A DNA stretch of 59,882 nucleotides from positions 1 through 59,882 of the IMG/VR virus record IMGVR_UViG_3300026519_000015. One strand, written 5' to 3'. The DNA comes from a virus. Taxonomy: Duplodnaviria; Caudoviricetes. The position numbers were made by a program, and so were the translations under genes. The stretch's first letter is position 1. Every line of letters begins with the position of its first letter. Shown piece after piece: positions 49,463-57,331 of this stretch. Below the pieces are notes generated by a model that was given only the letters and a program-made list of their open reading frames with translations, was not told the origin of the DNA and ran no database searches.

Positions 49463-49559
49463 AAAAGAAAAAGAGAGGGCCCCCGGGCCAAGTGATACCG
49501 CGGGAGCCGTAAGAGACCGGTTGTTAAGGACACAACATGAACTGAGAAAAGAAACAACC
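49463..49559 (-). ncRNA. Candidate trans-acting antisense sRNA (~97 nt) against a shared RBS motif
   Basis: 5' stem GGUUGUU/AACAACC; 27-nt loop containing CAUGUUGUGUCCUU; terminator GGCUCCCG/CGGGGGCC plus U-rich tail. Confidence 0.7.
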
Positions 49560-49565
49560 AACCAC

Positions 49566-49594
49566 ATTATACGTGCCCACATCTGGTTAGTCAA
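49566..49594 (-). promoter_or_regulatory. Sigma70-type promoter for the sRNA
   Basis: TTGACT-N17-TATAAT on the minus strand. Confidence 0.8.
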
Positions 49595-49955
49595 TCTCCT
49601 CATAAAATAGAATCAGATTCAACGACCCATTAACTGTCGCTTTCGCATACAGACTATATCCAGACAATAAGGGGATATCCCCGATCTGAACATAATCGTC
49701 AGCCGCAATCTCAATCTCTATAATCGTGTTGGCAGCTGTAGCACCCGCGTCAGAATCCGATACGTAATACAGGGTAAAGATAACAGCAGCCCCCGAGTAG
49801 TTACATACCCGGGAGCTACCGAGAACGTACCGGGGCGCCTCTGTAGCTGGAGAGTCCAAAACCTCCGCTGCCGATGTCGTGAGCGCAATCACACCCGTGG
49901 TCCCAGCAGACGTGTTAGGACGAAACGTAGAGACATGCCCGGTATTGTAGTTCAT
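49587..49955 (-). CDS. Small beta-rich virion protein
   Basis: Pattern shared with 50293-50688 and 10943-11353. Confidence 0.55.
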   Translation of the reverse strand: MNYNTGHVSTFRPNTSAGTTGVIALTTSAAEVLDSPATEAPRYVLGSSRVCNYSGAAVIFTLYYVSDSDAGATAANTIIEIEIAADDYVQIGDIPLLSGYSLYAKATVNGSLNLILFYEEID

Positions 49956-50293
49956 TACCGCAGTATCCCCTGCCTCTGAAGGTCATCAACTACAGCATTC
50001 ACAAAAGACGCTGTGTCGGCCTGGTCCGATACCAGCTTGTTAATCTGGTCCGCTAACTCACCAATCGCATCCTTCACATCACTCACAACCGCATTCACAG
50101 CATTATTGACAGCTGTATCAGTATAGGTGTCCGCAGTAGACAGAGCAATATTAGCGACATCCGCAATCGTCCCGTCCGGAGCTGCTCCGGAAGTGTTGTC
50201 AGTTAATGCTGCAGCGGTACGAGCCGCGTGGGTAGCATCGGCAGTACTATAGGTCTGCGTGATCGCAGTACTCTGTGATCTTGTAACCGGCAT
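49955..50293 (-). CDS. Small fibre-like virion protein, paralog of 55446-55991
   Basis: TQTY.TA, LTDN, LADQ.NKL. Confidence 0.6.
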   Translation of the reverse strand: MPVTRSQSTAITQTYSTADATHAARTAAALTDNTSGAAPDGTIADVANIALSTADTYTDTAVNNAVNAVVSDVKDAIGELADQINKLVSDQADTASFVNAVVDDLQRQGILR

Positions 50294-50688
50294 TATACCC
50301 TCCGGGTCCAGGAGACGATCTCGTAGTTGATCGAATCATTCGCACTCGCCAGAATCCCAAGAGTATCCCCAGCCTGTAAGACCGCAAGCGGAACTTCCGG
50401 GTGCGACGACTGAATCAACACAAAGGTGTTGGCATTCAACGATTCCTCACTAATAATATCGTAAGTATCCGCCGCTATACCTTCACCAGATGCTCGATGC
50501 GTGATTGAGAAAGTCGCGGCATTAGTCGCATGGCGATTCGTCACTAGAATACTGGCCACATGGATCTCAGCACCCCCGGTAGCTACCGTGTGGACCGCGG
50601 CTTCCGTAGTAGTAGCAGTCCCTTTCTTACGGTCGTATTCACGATCCGAGGAAACCGTCCTGAACTGTACTCCCGTCCCGACAGACAT
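50293..50688 (-). CDS. Small beta-rich virion protein
   Basis: AAGGAGG RBS; SILVTN...VLQAGDTL. Confidence 0.6.
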   Translation of the reverse strand: MSVGTGVQFRTVSSDREYDRKKGTATTTEAAVHTVATGGAEIHVASILVTNRHATNAATFSITHRASGEGIAADTYDIISEESLNANTFVLIQSSHPEVPLAVLQAGDTLGILASANDSINYEIVSWTRRV

Positions 50689-50742
50689 AATAAACCCTCC
50701 TTACAGATAAGAACCCGTTTCCCCGGGCCCAACAACCCTATC

Positions 50743-51152
50743 TTACTCCAAATCTAAATCCCGGTCTAGATCCTCTCGTAAGCCCGCAACCAACTCCTCC
50801 GGTGTCGGCAACCCCGTCATCGGCGGCATCACGACCGGAGGCAACTCCACCGGCCCAAACTCCACTGGTGGCAGGTCCGGCCTTGGTCTCTCGATCTGCT
50901 CTACTAGTTCCGGCACCGACGGGTTCGGATCGCCGGGTTTCGGCTGCGCGAGCAGGTCTCGCAGAGGATCCTCTACAACTTTCCCAGTTGAGACCCGACT
51001 ACTTCTAACAAATCCTGCAGAGTCAGTTTGCCCGGGCTGTCGTCCTCCGGGCCCGCCTGCTCTGCAACTGCGATCAATAAATTGCCCGTGAAAGACAACG
51101 CCTTCTGGACATTCGGCGTGACGGTCAGACCTTCTGCCAAAAAGTTATTCAT
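50743..51152 (-). CDS. 59-aa ORF (50973-51152) with a predicted -1 frameshift extension to 136 aa
   Basis: Strong RBS; G-GGA-AAG at 50985-50979, one codon before TAG; the -1 frame is open to TAA at 50743. Confidence 0.7.
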
Positions 51153-51286
51153 TTTAATTCCTCCTCTTTAGGTTTATACATCAATACCATGATCGGATCC
51201 CCGGGATCGTCGAACACAACTTCCCACACCTCACCATGTTCCCACTTTGGTGCGGGATCTGTTGTGAGTGACGTATACCTAATCAT
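51149..51286 (-). CDS. Hypothetical protein, 45 aa
   Basis: Overlaps the endolysin stop and the next ATG (ATGA). Confidence 0.45.
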   Translation of the reverse strand: MIRYTSLTTDPAPKWEHGEVWEVVFDDPGDPIMVLMYKPKEEELK

Positions 51287-51971
51287 CCAGGGTCACGATT
51301 TTCTTTTCGGGATCCCACCCGGTTTTAAGTCCGGCCAAATCCGCAACCTGTCGAACCGGAGCATAGGTGGTTCCGTCTATTATCCTACCATAGATTGTCT
51401 GGCCCTTATAGACGATCGGGACCCCGGCAGGAGTCTGGTGATCCGGTATCGACCCCACAGTACCTCTTTTGATATTGTCCGAGATTGAATCCATGATCTC
51501 ATATAGGTTTTTTCCCGGACATACAGTCTTGTTGTAAAGAAGATGGGGGAACAGGGGCAACTTATTAGGATGTTGCCCCTGCAACCAGACCACGAGGCGC
51601 ACTAACGCGTCGATAGCGCGCTGGTCCGGATAATCAATCTCAAAATTCCCCATTAAGCAAATACCGAGAGAATCCCAGTTTTGCCCATAGGTATGGGCAC
51701 CGACATAATGGATTGAGCGCCCCTCGAAAACCCACCCTGCCGGCGCAATCACATAGTGATATCCGATATCACTGTACCCCCGCACCCGGATATGGTAGTC
51801 CTGGTGATCCCGCATCCGGGCCGCTGCCTGCCCCCAGGTCATGTCGTCCGGGGTCTCGGACGCATCATGGTGTAAGATGATTTGGGTTACGGGGGATCTT
51901 ATCGATGTTGATACGTAAGCATTAGGGTCCGCACCCCACTCATCCTTGGAAAAAATTTTAGGCTTGGTCAT
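51279..51971 (-). CDS. Endolysin: amidase_2 (PGRP-like) plus a copper-amine-oxidase-N-like binding domain
   Basis: IILHH, DIGYHY, EGR, GAH, GICLMGNF, H...CPG; C-terminal IIDGTTYAPVR.VA....GWD. Confidence 0.9.
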   Translation of the reverse strand: MTKPKIFSKDEWGADPNAYVSTSIRSPVTQIILHHDASETPDDMTWGQAAARMRDHQDYHIRVRGYSDIGYHYVIAPAGWVFEGRSIHYVGAHTYGQNWDSLGICLMGNFEIDYPDQRAIDALVRLVVWLQGQHPNKLPLFPHLLYNKTVCPGKNLYEIMDSISDNIKRGTVGSIPDHQTPAGVPIVYKGQTIYGRIIDGTTYAPVRQVADLAGLKTGWDPEKKIVTLDD

Positions 51972-52615
51972 TCCGCCTCCACGAAATCCAGGATTTTAAC
52001 GGAATCCCGAGGATCCAGTTCCACGGTAGTGTATTTAACCTGATTATCCTGTTTGGTTTTCTGCACATGACACTTATGACAAAGAACTTGCATGTTATCG
52101 AGCCCCATGTAGGACCCTCCGTATCGCCAGGGCCAGATATGGTCAAGCTGCCACATGGATCTTGGCCGGGAGGAATAGTGTGCATCCTGCCAGGTTGTGC
52201 CTGCAATTCCATAAGGCCATCCTTGTTTCTCCATCTCCTCAGCCAGACTGATATAACTCTGGAATTTTTCATCTACCTTTGGCTTCATCTCTTGTCTCTT
52301 GTTCCTGCCGGCACGGCAGTAGTGCCAGTACAGGTCTCGCCAGGCTCTCCAGGCATCCCTAACAGGCCTTTCAAGCTCTATCATATCGAGCCCGCAGGAC
52401 GCACACACGCAGCCCCCCCGAGTCTCTACAAGCTTTTGTCTGGCAAATCCAGAATCTACACGGATCCGGTATTCATCAACACAGGCATCGCTACACCAGG
52501 CTCGACGACGACCTTGGAGCCGGGTTCCGCACCACTTGCAGAGCAGGTTGCCATCGGGGTCCCGGGGGGTTTTGTCCGGAACCTTGACCCGCATACGATC
52601 TCGATTCCAACTCAT
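51968..52615 (-). CDS. HNH endonuclease
   Basis: CKWC, CASCG, LDHIWPW..GG....DN.QVLCHKCH..KT; ATGA coupling on both sides. Confidence 0.85.
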   Translation of the reverse strand: MSWNRDRMRVKVPDKTPRDPDGNLLCKWCGTRLQGRRRAWCSDACVDEYRIRVDSGFARQKLVETRGGCVCASCGLDMIELERPVRDAWRAWRDLYWHYCRAGRNKRQEMKPKVDEKFQSYISLAEEMEKQGWPYGIAGTTWQDAHYSSRPRSMWQLDHIWPWRYGGSYMGLDNMQVLCHKCHVQKTKQDNQVKYTTVELDPRDSVKILDFVEAE

Positions 52616-52902
52616 AATTTGCTGATCGCCTCCGAAATCAGAGCCAGTAATGCCGCCGCAGCAGTCGCGTACAGACCCTTTTGTTGCCCGGCCGTCATAC
52701 CAGCCTGGTCCTTGCAATCTTTGGACCGGTCCTTCAGGACCGCCACGTCCTGCTGGATATCCGCAAGGTCCTCCGCTACCCGGATCGACCTGTCCTTGTT
52801 AGCCGCCACGTCTCGCTTGATCGCAGCAACATCTGCCTGTATGGCCGACTGACCACGATATATCTCCCGTAAGATCTCCCTGGTCTCCTTGTCAGGTGCC
52901 AC
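52612..52902 (-). CDS. Putative holin-like membrane protein
   Basis: Coiled coil plus a single C-terminal hydrophobic helix; upstream of the endolysin. Confidence 0.5.
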   Translation of the reverse strand: MAPDKETREILREIYRGQSAIQADVAAIKRDVAANKDRSIRVAEDLADIQQDVAVLKDRSKDCKDQAGMTAGQQKGLYATAAAALLALISEAISKL

Positions 52903-53000
52903 CTACACTGTCCTCCTTACTGTGAATCTCAGTCAATCTCTGGCGCATTAAGGCAATATCGCAATATACCGGGCCGTATCCTGTGACGGAGAGGCTCGTG

Positions 53001-53409
53001 TCACTCGTATCCTGTGTCATCTATGTCATCCTCCCGTTGCAGGATTACTCCGACTGGCCAGTCATGGCTCCACATGATCGTTACTCGATCAGGGACAGTG
53101 TTGTTGCTGGTCACGTCTCCTCCGGAGCAATATACGTCCGGGGATCCAGTATCTGGTCCCGGTATACTTGCAGCAGATATCCCAATGTTGCCAGATCTAC
53201 CTGCTGGTTAGTCCCACTCGTAGGCCCATCTAGGTCGATCATGCATCCCCCAACCACATAGCCTGGTCCTGGGCATCTTGCAGGCTAGATTTTTCGCGCA
53301 TCAGGGCCTGGATCTGCTGCTGATGCAACTGCACCTGCCGGTTATGCAGCTCCAGACTATGCAGCAATTTTCCCATCTTGGCCTCTATCTCTGCGATCCT
53401 ATCACTCAT
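53001..53409 (-). CDS. Three coupled micro-ORFs: 53239-53409 (56 aa), 53111-53242 (43 aa), 53001-53114 (37 aa)
   Basis: The first has a GAGAGGACAC RBS; successive ATGA/GTGA overlaps. Confidence 0.45.
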
Positions 53410-53422
53410 ATCCGTGTCCTCT

Positions 53423-53824
53423 CTAGGGTTTTACAGGTCTGGGTGGTAAGGTATCGCGCCACCTGGCCAAAAGCATCTCTGCTCGCTCCATAGCCTTCCG
53501 CTCATACGGACGCTTCATGTAGGGCAACACAATATTCCACCACCACCGCAAAAACTTCTGCCACCACCCAAAATGCTCCCACTGCTCCACATGGTGCAGT
53601 TCATGAAACAAGGTCGAGATCTGCTGGGCATCTCGGAGATCAAACGTTTTGTCGGGCCAATGGTCGAGAGACATAATGATCGTTCGGGGACGCTGGGATT
53701 GATGCAGCCCAAACCCATGCTTAAGCTTCTCAAACACGATCTCGATATTGTCCACATCTGTGATGCGGACATAATTAGCCCGGATAAACATCCGGAGAGT
53801 CTCTGGTAAGTCTTTAACCCACAT
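53423..53824 (-). CDS. HExxH zinc-metallopeptidase-like protein (DUF4157-like)
   Basis: TLFHELHHVEQW...Y.KRPYE.KA. Confidence 0.7.
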   Translation of the reverse strand: MWVKDLPETLRMFIRANYVRITDVDNIEIVFEKLKHGFGLHQSQRPRTIIMSLDHWPDKTFDLRDAQQISTLFHELHHVEQWEHFGWWQKFLRWWWNIVLPYMKRPYERKAMERAEMLLARWRDTLPPRPVKP

Positions 53825-54182
53825 TGCCCAATTCTACTACCGGCGGAGGCTCTGGTTTTTGCTTATCCTCCAGGATGTCTACCCCATCCCGGACCTCCTG
53901 GAGCAGGTCTCCGTCCGGGACCGTGGCGAGCGCCGCATACGGCATCCCCGCATGGGTGCGCTGGGATAGTTGGGCATATAGATCTGGATCCTGCTCGCGC
54001 ACAATCGTCTGCTGTCCGAGACGGTATGCCTCCTCACCGGCCTGGCGCGCTGCACGATCGCGCCATCCGCCCCACACGACCGTGAGGTGTTGATTGGCGT
54101 CGTCATAAATCCGGACCATGGGGGCGACGTAAAGGTTACGCCTGCCCCACACCGGATCGATCTTTGTGATTTGCTTGGCCAT
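53814..54182 (-). CDS. Hypothetical protein (possible fibre assembly protein)
   Basis: AGGAGGACAC-ATG; follows the fibre-like gene. Confidence 0.6.
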   Translation of the reverse strand: MAKQITKIDPVWGRRNLYVAPMVRIYDDANQHLTVVWGGWRDRAARQAGEEAYRLGQQTIVREQDPDLYAQLSQRTHAGMPYAALATVPDGDLLQEVRDGVDILEDKQKPEPPPVVELGNVG

Positions 54183-54190
54183 GTGTCCTC

Positions 54191-55015
54191 CTAAATTATT
54201 GCGGCGGTGAAAGTTTTTAGGGTGCCGTCGGAATATTTAATCCGTGCTTTGAGATTGTTGCCAACCTCGTCAAGATAAAACGTAATGGATCCACTGTCCA
54301 GGTTAGCATCACTGGACGGCGCGGAGGAGTCCGCCTTGAGGTTGCAGCCAGTTGTACTGTGCATCCGGATGTATCGGGTCGTCATGACATTGTTCCCAAT
54401 ACCGATCTCCATTGCCTCGCGACCGATCAGTTGTAATCCGTGTTGGATCCCGATTAAATTCAGAACTGATCGGAGATCTCCGAGCAGCACGCTCCCACTC
54501 GTCCCCAGCGATAGCTTGTTGACGATCCTTACATCGCCACTAGTAGGAGATATCACGAGCCTACCTGTGCTCGTGACCTCGAAATCACTGTAAACACTGC
54601 CGGAGGTGTAGGAGAGGCGGAGTTGGGGGGAGGTGCTGGCCACCTCAAGCGGCATTGCTGGCACTGACCAATCGGTGGCGAGCCCGATCCCGACATTCCG
54701 ACGGGGCAGGAAAAAATTCGATCCGACCATGAGAGCCGATCCTGAGCCCGTGTAGAACCTGTAGGCGTCCCCGGTCTGGCTAACGTTAAGATCGCCGTTG
54801 TTGGCGGATTTGATTGTGACGGTCCCGGCGCCAGCGGAATCGGAAAATTGAATCCCGATATCCGGACCGAGAGCCAGGTTGATGCCGTCGAATATCAGAT
54901 CACTCGTCCCCTCGATCGTCCCGTCCCCGGTCCAGACCGCTACCTGGTTATCGGCAGGAGTGCCGACCTTGTAGACGTCGCCGCCGCCTGTATTTATGAG
55001 GATGTTACGCGACAT
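54191..55015 (-). CDS. Tail fibre/spike-like protein
   Basis: NQVAVWTG, NVGIG, PLEVAS..PQLRL beta-rich motifs. Confidence 0.65.
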   Translation of the reverse strand: MSRNILINTGGGDVYKVGTPADNQVAVWTGDGTIEGTSDLIFDGINLALGPDIGIQFSDSAGAGTVTIKSANNGDLNVSQTGDAYRFYTGSGSALMVGSNFFLPRRNVGIGLATDWSVPAMPLEVASTSPQLRLSYTSGSVYSDFEVTSTGRLVISPTSGDVRIVNKLSLGTSGSVLLGDLRSVLNLIGIQHGLQLIGREAMEIGIGNNVMTTRYIRMHSTTGCNLKADSSAPSSDANLDSGSITFYLDEVGNNLKARIKYSDGTLKTFTAAII

Positions 55016-55433
55016 AGAAGTAACTCACTCCCTCGCCGTTATTATCCACATCCAAGTACACCTTACTCAGATTATCAATCGGGATCACCACACTCTGGGT
55101 GGCCGCAAGAGCTATTCCGGCACCCGCTGCAACAGAACTGCCACCCACATACACGTTACCCGTGTTGCTCGCGAGAGCCTGAATCGCTACCTGAACACAC
55201 GTTGTTGCCGTCGCTAACGCTTCCGCCGTCCCGGCAGCTGCTACGGTTTTGGACCCGGAAGCTAAACTTGAGGGTGCGGTATCCAGGACATTCAGGGTCG
55301 TACTGGTGGAAATAATAACGTAACCGTCAGAGTCTAACCTGAGCATCCGGAGTTCAGGGGAAGCCCCTGTCTTGTCTTCCCCGTACACGATAGCGTTATC
55401 AGTATAACGCCCAATCTTCTTATCGTCCGCCAT
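55005..55433 (-). CDS. Small beta-rich virion protein
   Basis: IQALASNTGNVYVG...GI.L. Confidence 0.6.
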   Translation of the reverse strand: MADDKKIGRYTDNAIVYGEDKTGASPELRMLRLDSDGYVIISTSTTLNVLDTAPSSLASGSKTVAAAGTAEALATATTCVQVAIQALASNTGNVYVGGSSVAAGAGIALAATQSVVIPIDNLSKVYLDVDNNGEGVSYFYVA

Positions 55434-55445
55434 TCTCTACTTCTC

Positions 55446-55991
55446 CTATCCGGCCAGACCGAAGCTTTGACTGTCATCTATAAGGCTATTTACTACCTGT
55501 TTAACATTTTCTAAGTCTACTCGCAACTTATTGACCTGATCCGCCAGGTCGGCAAAATTGTTCCGTAGCTCTGGTATTAAGTTTAACACAAGATCATCCC
55601 GGAGTGCATCAGCATCCACAGGCGCATTCGCGGGATCCGTCAATGCCTGAATGGTAGTATCCGGAATCCCTCCAGAATTGTCAGTCAATGTTGCGGAAGT
55701 CAGGTTATTCTGGGTGCGGGAAGCAGTTGCGTAGGTCTGGGTGTAAGCCGCAGCCTGGATCGTGGGGGTAACGTTGAAGAATCCTACATTGGACCCGTCG
55801 TGATTCAGGTCCCCATTTATCTCAAGATTCTCAACAACCGAATCCCCGGGGTTAACCGTAAAATTGCCCTGAACAGTTAACGCCCCTGTTATGGTCCCCC
55901 CGGTTTTATCTAACTTCGCGTCCAACTGGGCCTGCGCATCCGTTATCTCCAGGATCGAGGGTTCGCTACCAAATCCCGCACGCTGCGTCAT
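55446..55991 (-). CDS. Fibre-like virion protein
   Basis: KLDKTGGTITGALTV motif; the C-terminal part is paralogous to 49955-50293. Confidence 0.65.
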   Translation of the reverse strand: MTQRAGFGSEPSILEITDAQAQLDAKLDKTGGTITGALTVQGNFTVNPGDSVVENLEINGDLNHDGSNVGFFNVTPTIQAAAYTQTYATASRTQNNLTSATLTDNSGGIPDTTIQALTDPANAPVDADALRDDLVLNLIPELRNNFADLADQVNKLRVDLENVKQVVNSLIDDSQSFGLAG

Positions 55992-57331
55992 TCATCCTCA
56001 TCCTCATCTTCTTCCTCTTCTTCTCGTAACACCGACACAGGATACAGATCCATCTCCCATAACGGATCCGGTTCCACAAGGGCCTGCACAAACGGAATCC
56101 TGCTGCTCTGGAGCTGATTCCGCACCTCCACAAGTGATTCCAGATATGTAGCACCCTTACCCGTCAAGTAACCAACTGTAGGGTGGATTATCTCATACCC
56201 ACCTTGCCGATCATCCCGAACACCTGCCCAATAAATATTCGGCTCCTGGCGAGTTATTTGAGGATCCGGAGGTAAACACTCCTGCACCAACTTCCGTTTC
56301 TGTTCCTGCGATAACCACCGGGCTTCGGTCAATGGGTACGGTGGCACTGTTAACTTCCGACTAGAGACATGCCCTACCCAGAAATCATACGGATTATCCG
56401 GTCTACGGGGGTTCAGGAGCCGGTCCAGGAAAAAACTAAACGATATCTCCAGACCCCGCAGAAAACACGCCCAAAACCCGTCTGGCGCTGTTAGGGAAAA
56501 ATTCGTGCAACACAACCGGCTACGCCAATCCGTTTCCGCAGACGGTGCCTCCACCGTACACCCCAGAAATACCGGGCCCACATAACCCATATTGCTCAAA
56601 CTCGGAACTAACTTCTTAAGCGTCATCCCGATTATACGGTGCCCGGACGGGATATTCTGGATCGTCACACCCTCAATAGTCGGGATCCCCATACCACCTG
56701 GTAAGAACCCACTACTTACTCGGAACCCCAGACACGGATTCATCAAGCCTCTTGAGTTCACAAACCCGCATAACCAGAACTCCGAACTCAGCTGCAACTG
56801 GTTATCCGCAAGACCGGGGAAATCCCGCATCAGAGCAAACCGCTGAGGAACCTTATTGTTCGCCTCCAGGGTCTCGAGGTAAATCTGTAACTGCACCTCA
56901 TCCGGAAACGTCTCAGAACTACAATCACTGCACACCATACGCCACGGGTGCGCCCCACACTGCACATACTCGCAAGCATCCGATACATCTGTGAATTCCT
57001 GGTAATCACAAGTCGGGATACCGGCAGCATCTAAGAAATTGATCGCAAACAGATAATCTTTCTCTATCCGGGAGGCTAACGGTATACTCCCGACAACAGG
57101 AACTCCTGCCTCTCGGAACCGTTTTGCCGCAGGCCCCAATCCTGGTTGATCCACCAACACAACTTCCGGCTCCCAGCTTAACGCATCCCCAAGGCTCCCA
57201 ACACGATTGACAAGCCCATCCCATACCCCCGTGTTGTACTTACTCAGGAGCGCAACCTCATTACCCTCACGAGTTAACTGATCCAGTAAAAACGCGTGCT
57301 TTTCGTCACGACTCAGTAATAATACCTTCAT
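55988..57331 (-). CDS. PurD (GAR synthetase)-like ATP-grasp protein, divergent
   Basis: MKVLLL, AGVPVVG....ASRIEKD..FA..F...AGIPT..YQEFTD..DA.EYV, G.GIPT, GYVG. Confidence 0.7.
   Translation of the reverse strand: MKVLLLSRDEKHAFLLDQLTREGNEVALLSKYNTGVWDGLVNRVGSLGDALSWEPEVVLVDQPGLGPAAKRFREAGVPVVGSIPLASRIEKDYLFAINFLDAAGIPTCDYQEFTDVSDACEYVQCGAHPWRMVCSDCSSETFPDEVQLQIYLETLEANNKVPQRFALMRDFPGLADNQLQLSSEFWLCGFVNSRGLMNPCLGFRVSSGFLPGGMGIPTIEGVTIQNIPSGHRIIGMTLKKLVPSLSNMGYVGPVFLGCTVEAPSAETDWRSRLCCTNFSLTAPDGFWACFLRGLEISFSFFLDRLLNPRRPDNPYDFWVGHVSSRKLTVPPYPLTEARWLSQEQKRKLVQECLPPDPQITRQEPNIYWAGVRDDRQGGYEIIHPTVGYLTGKGATYLESLVEVRNQLQSSRIPFVQALVEPDPLWEMDLYPVSVLREEEEEDEDEDE

Noticed and set aside
49526-49545. 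Plus-strand gene start AAGGACACAAC-ATG
   Set aside because: It encodes only Met-Asn-stop; promoter and terminator point the other way, which favours the antisense RNA reading
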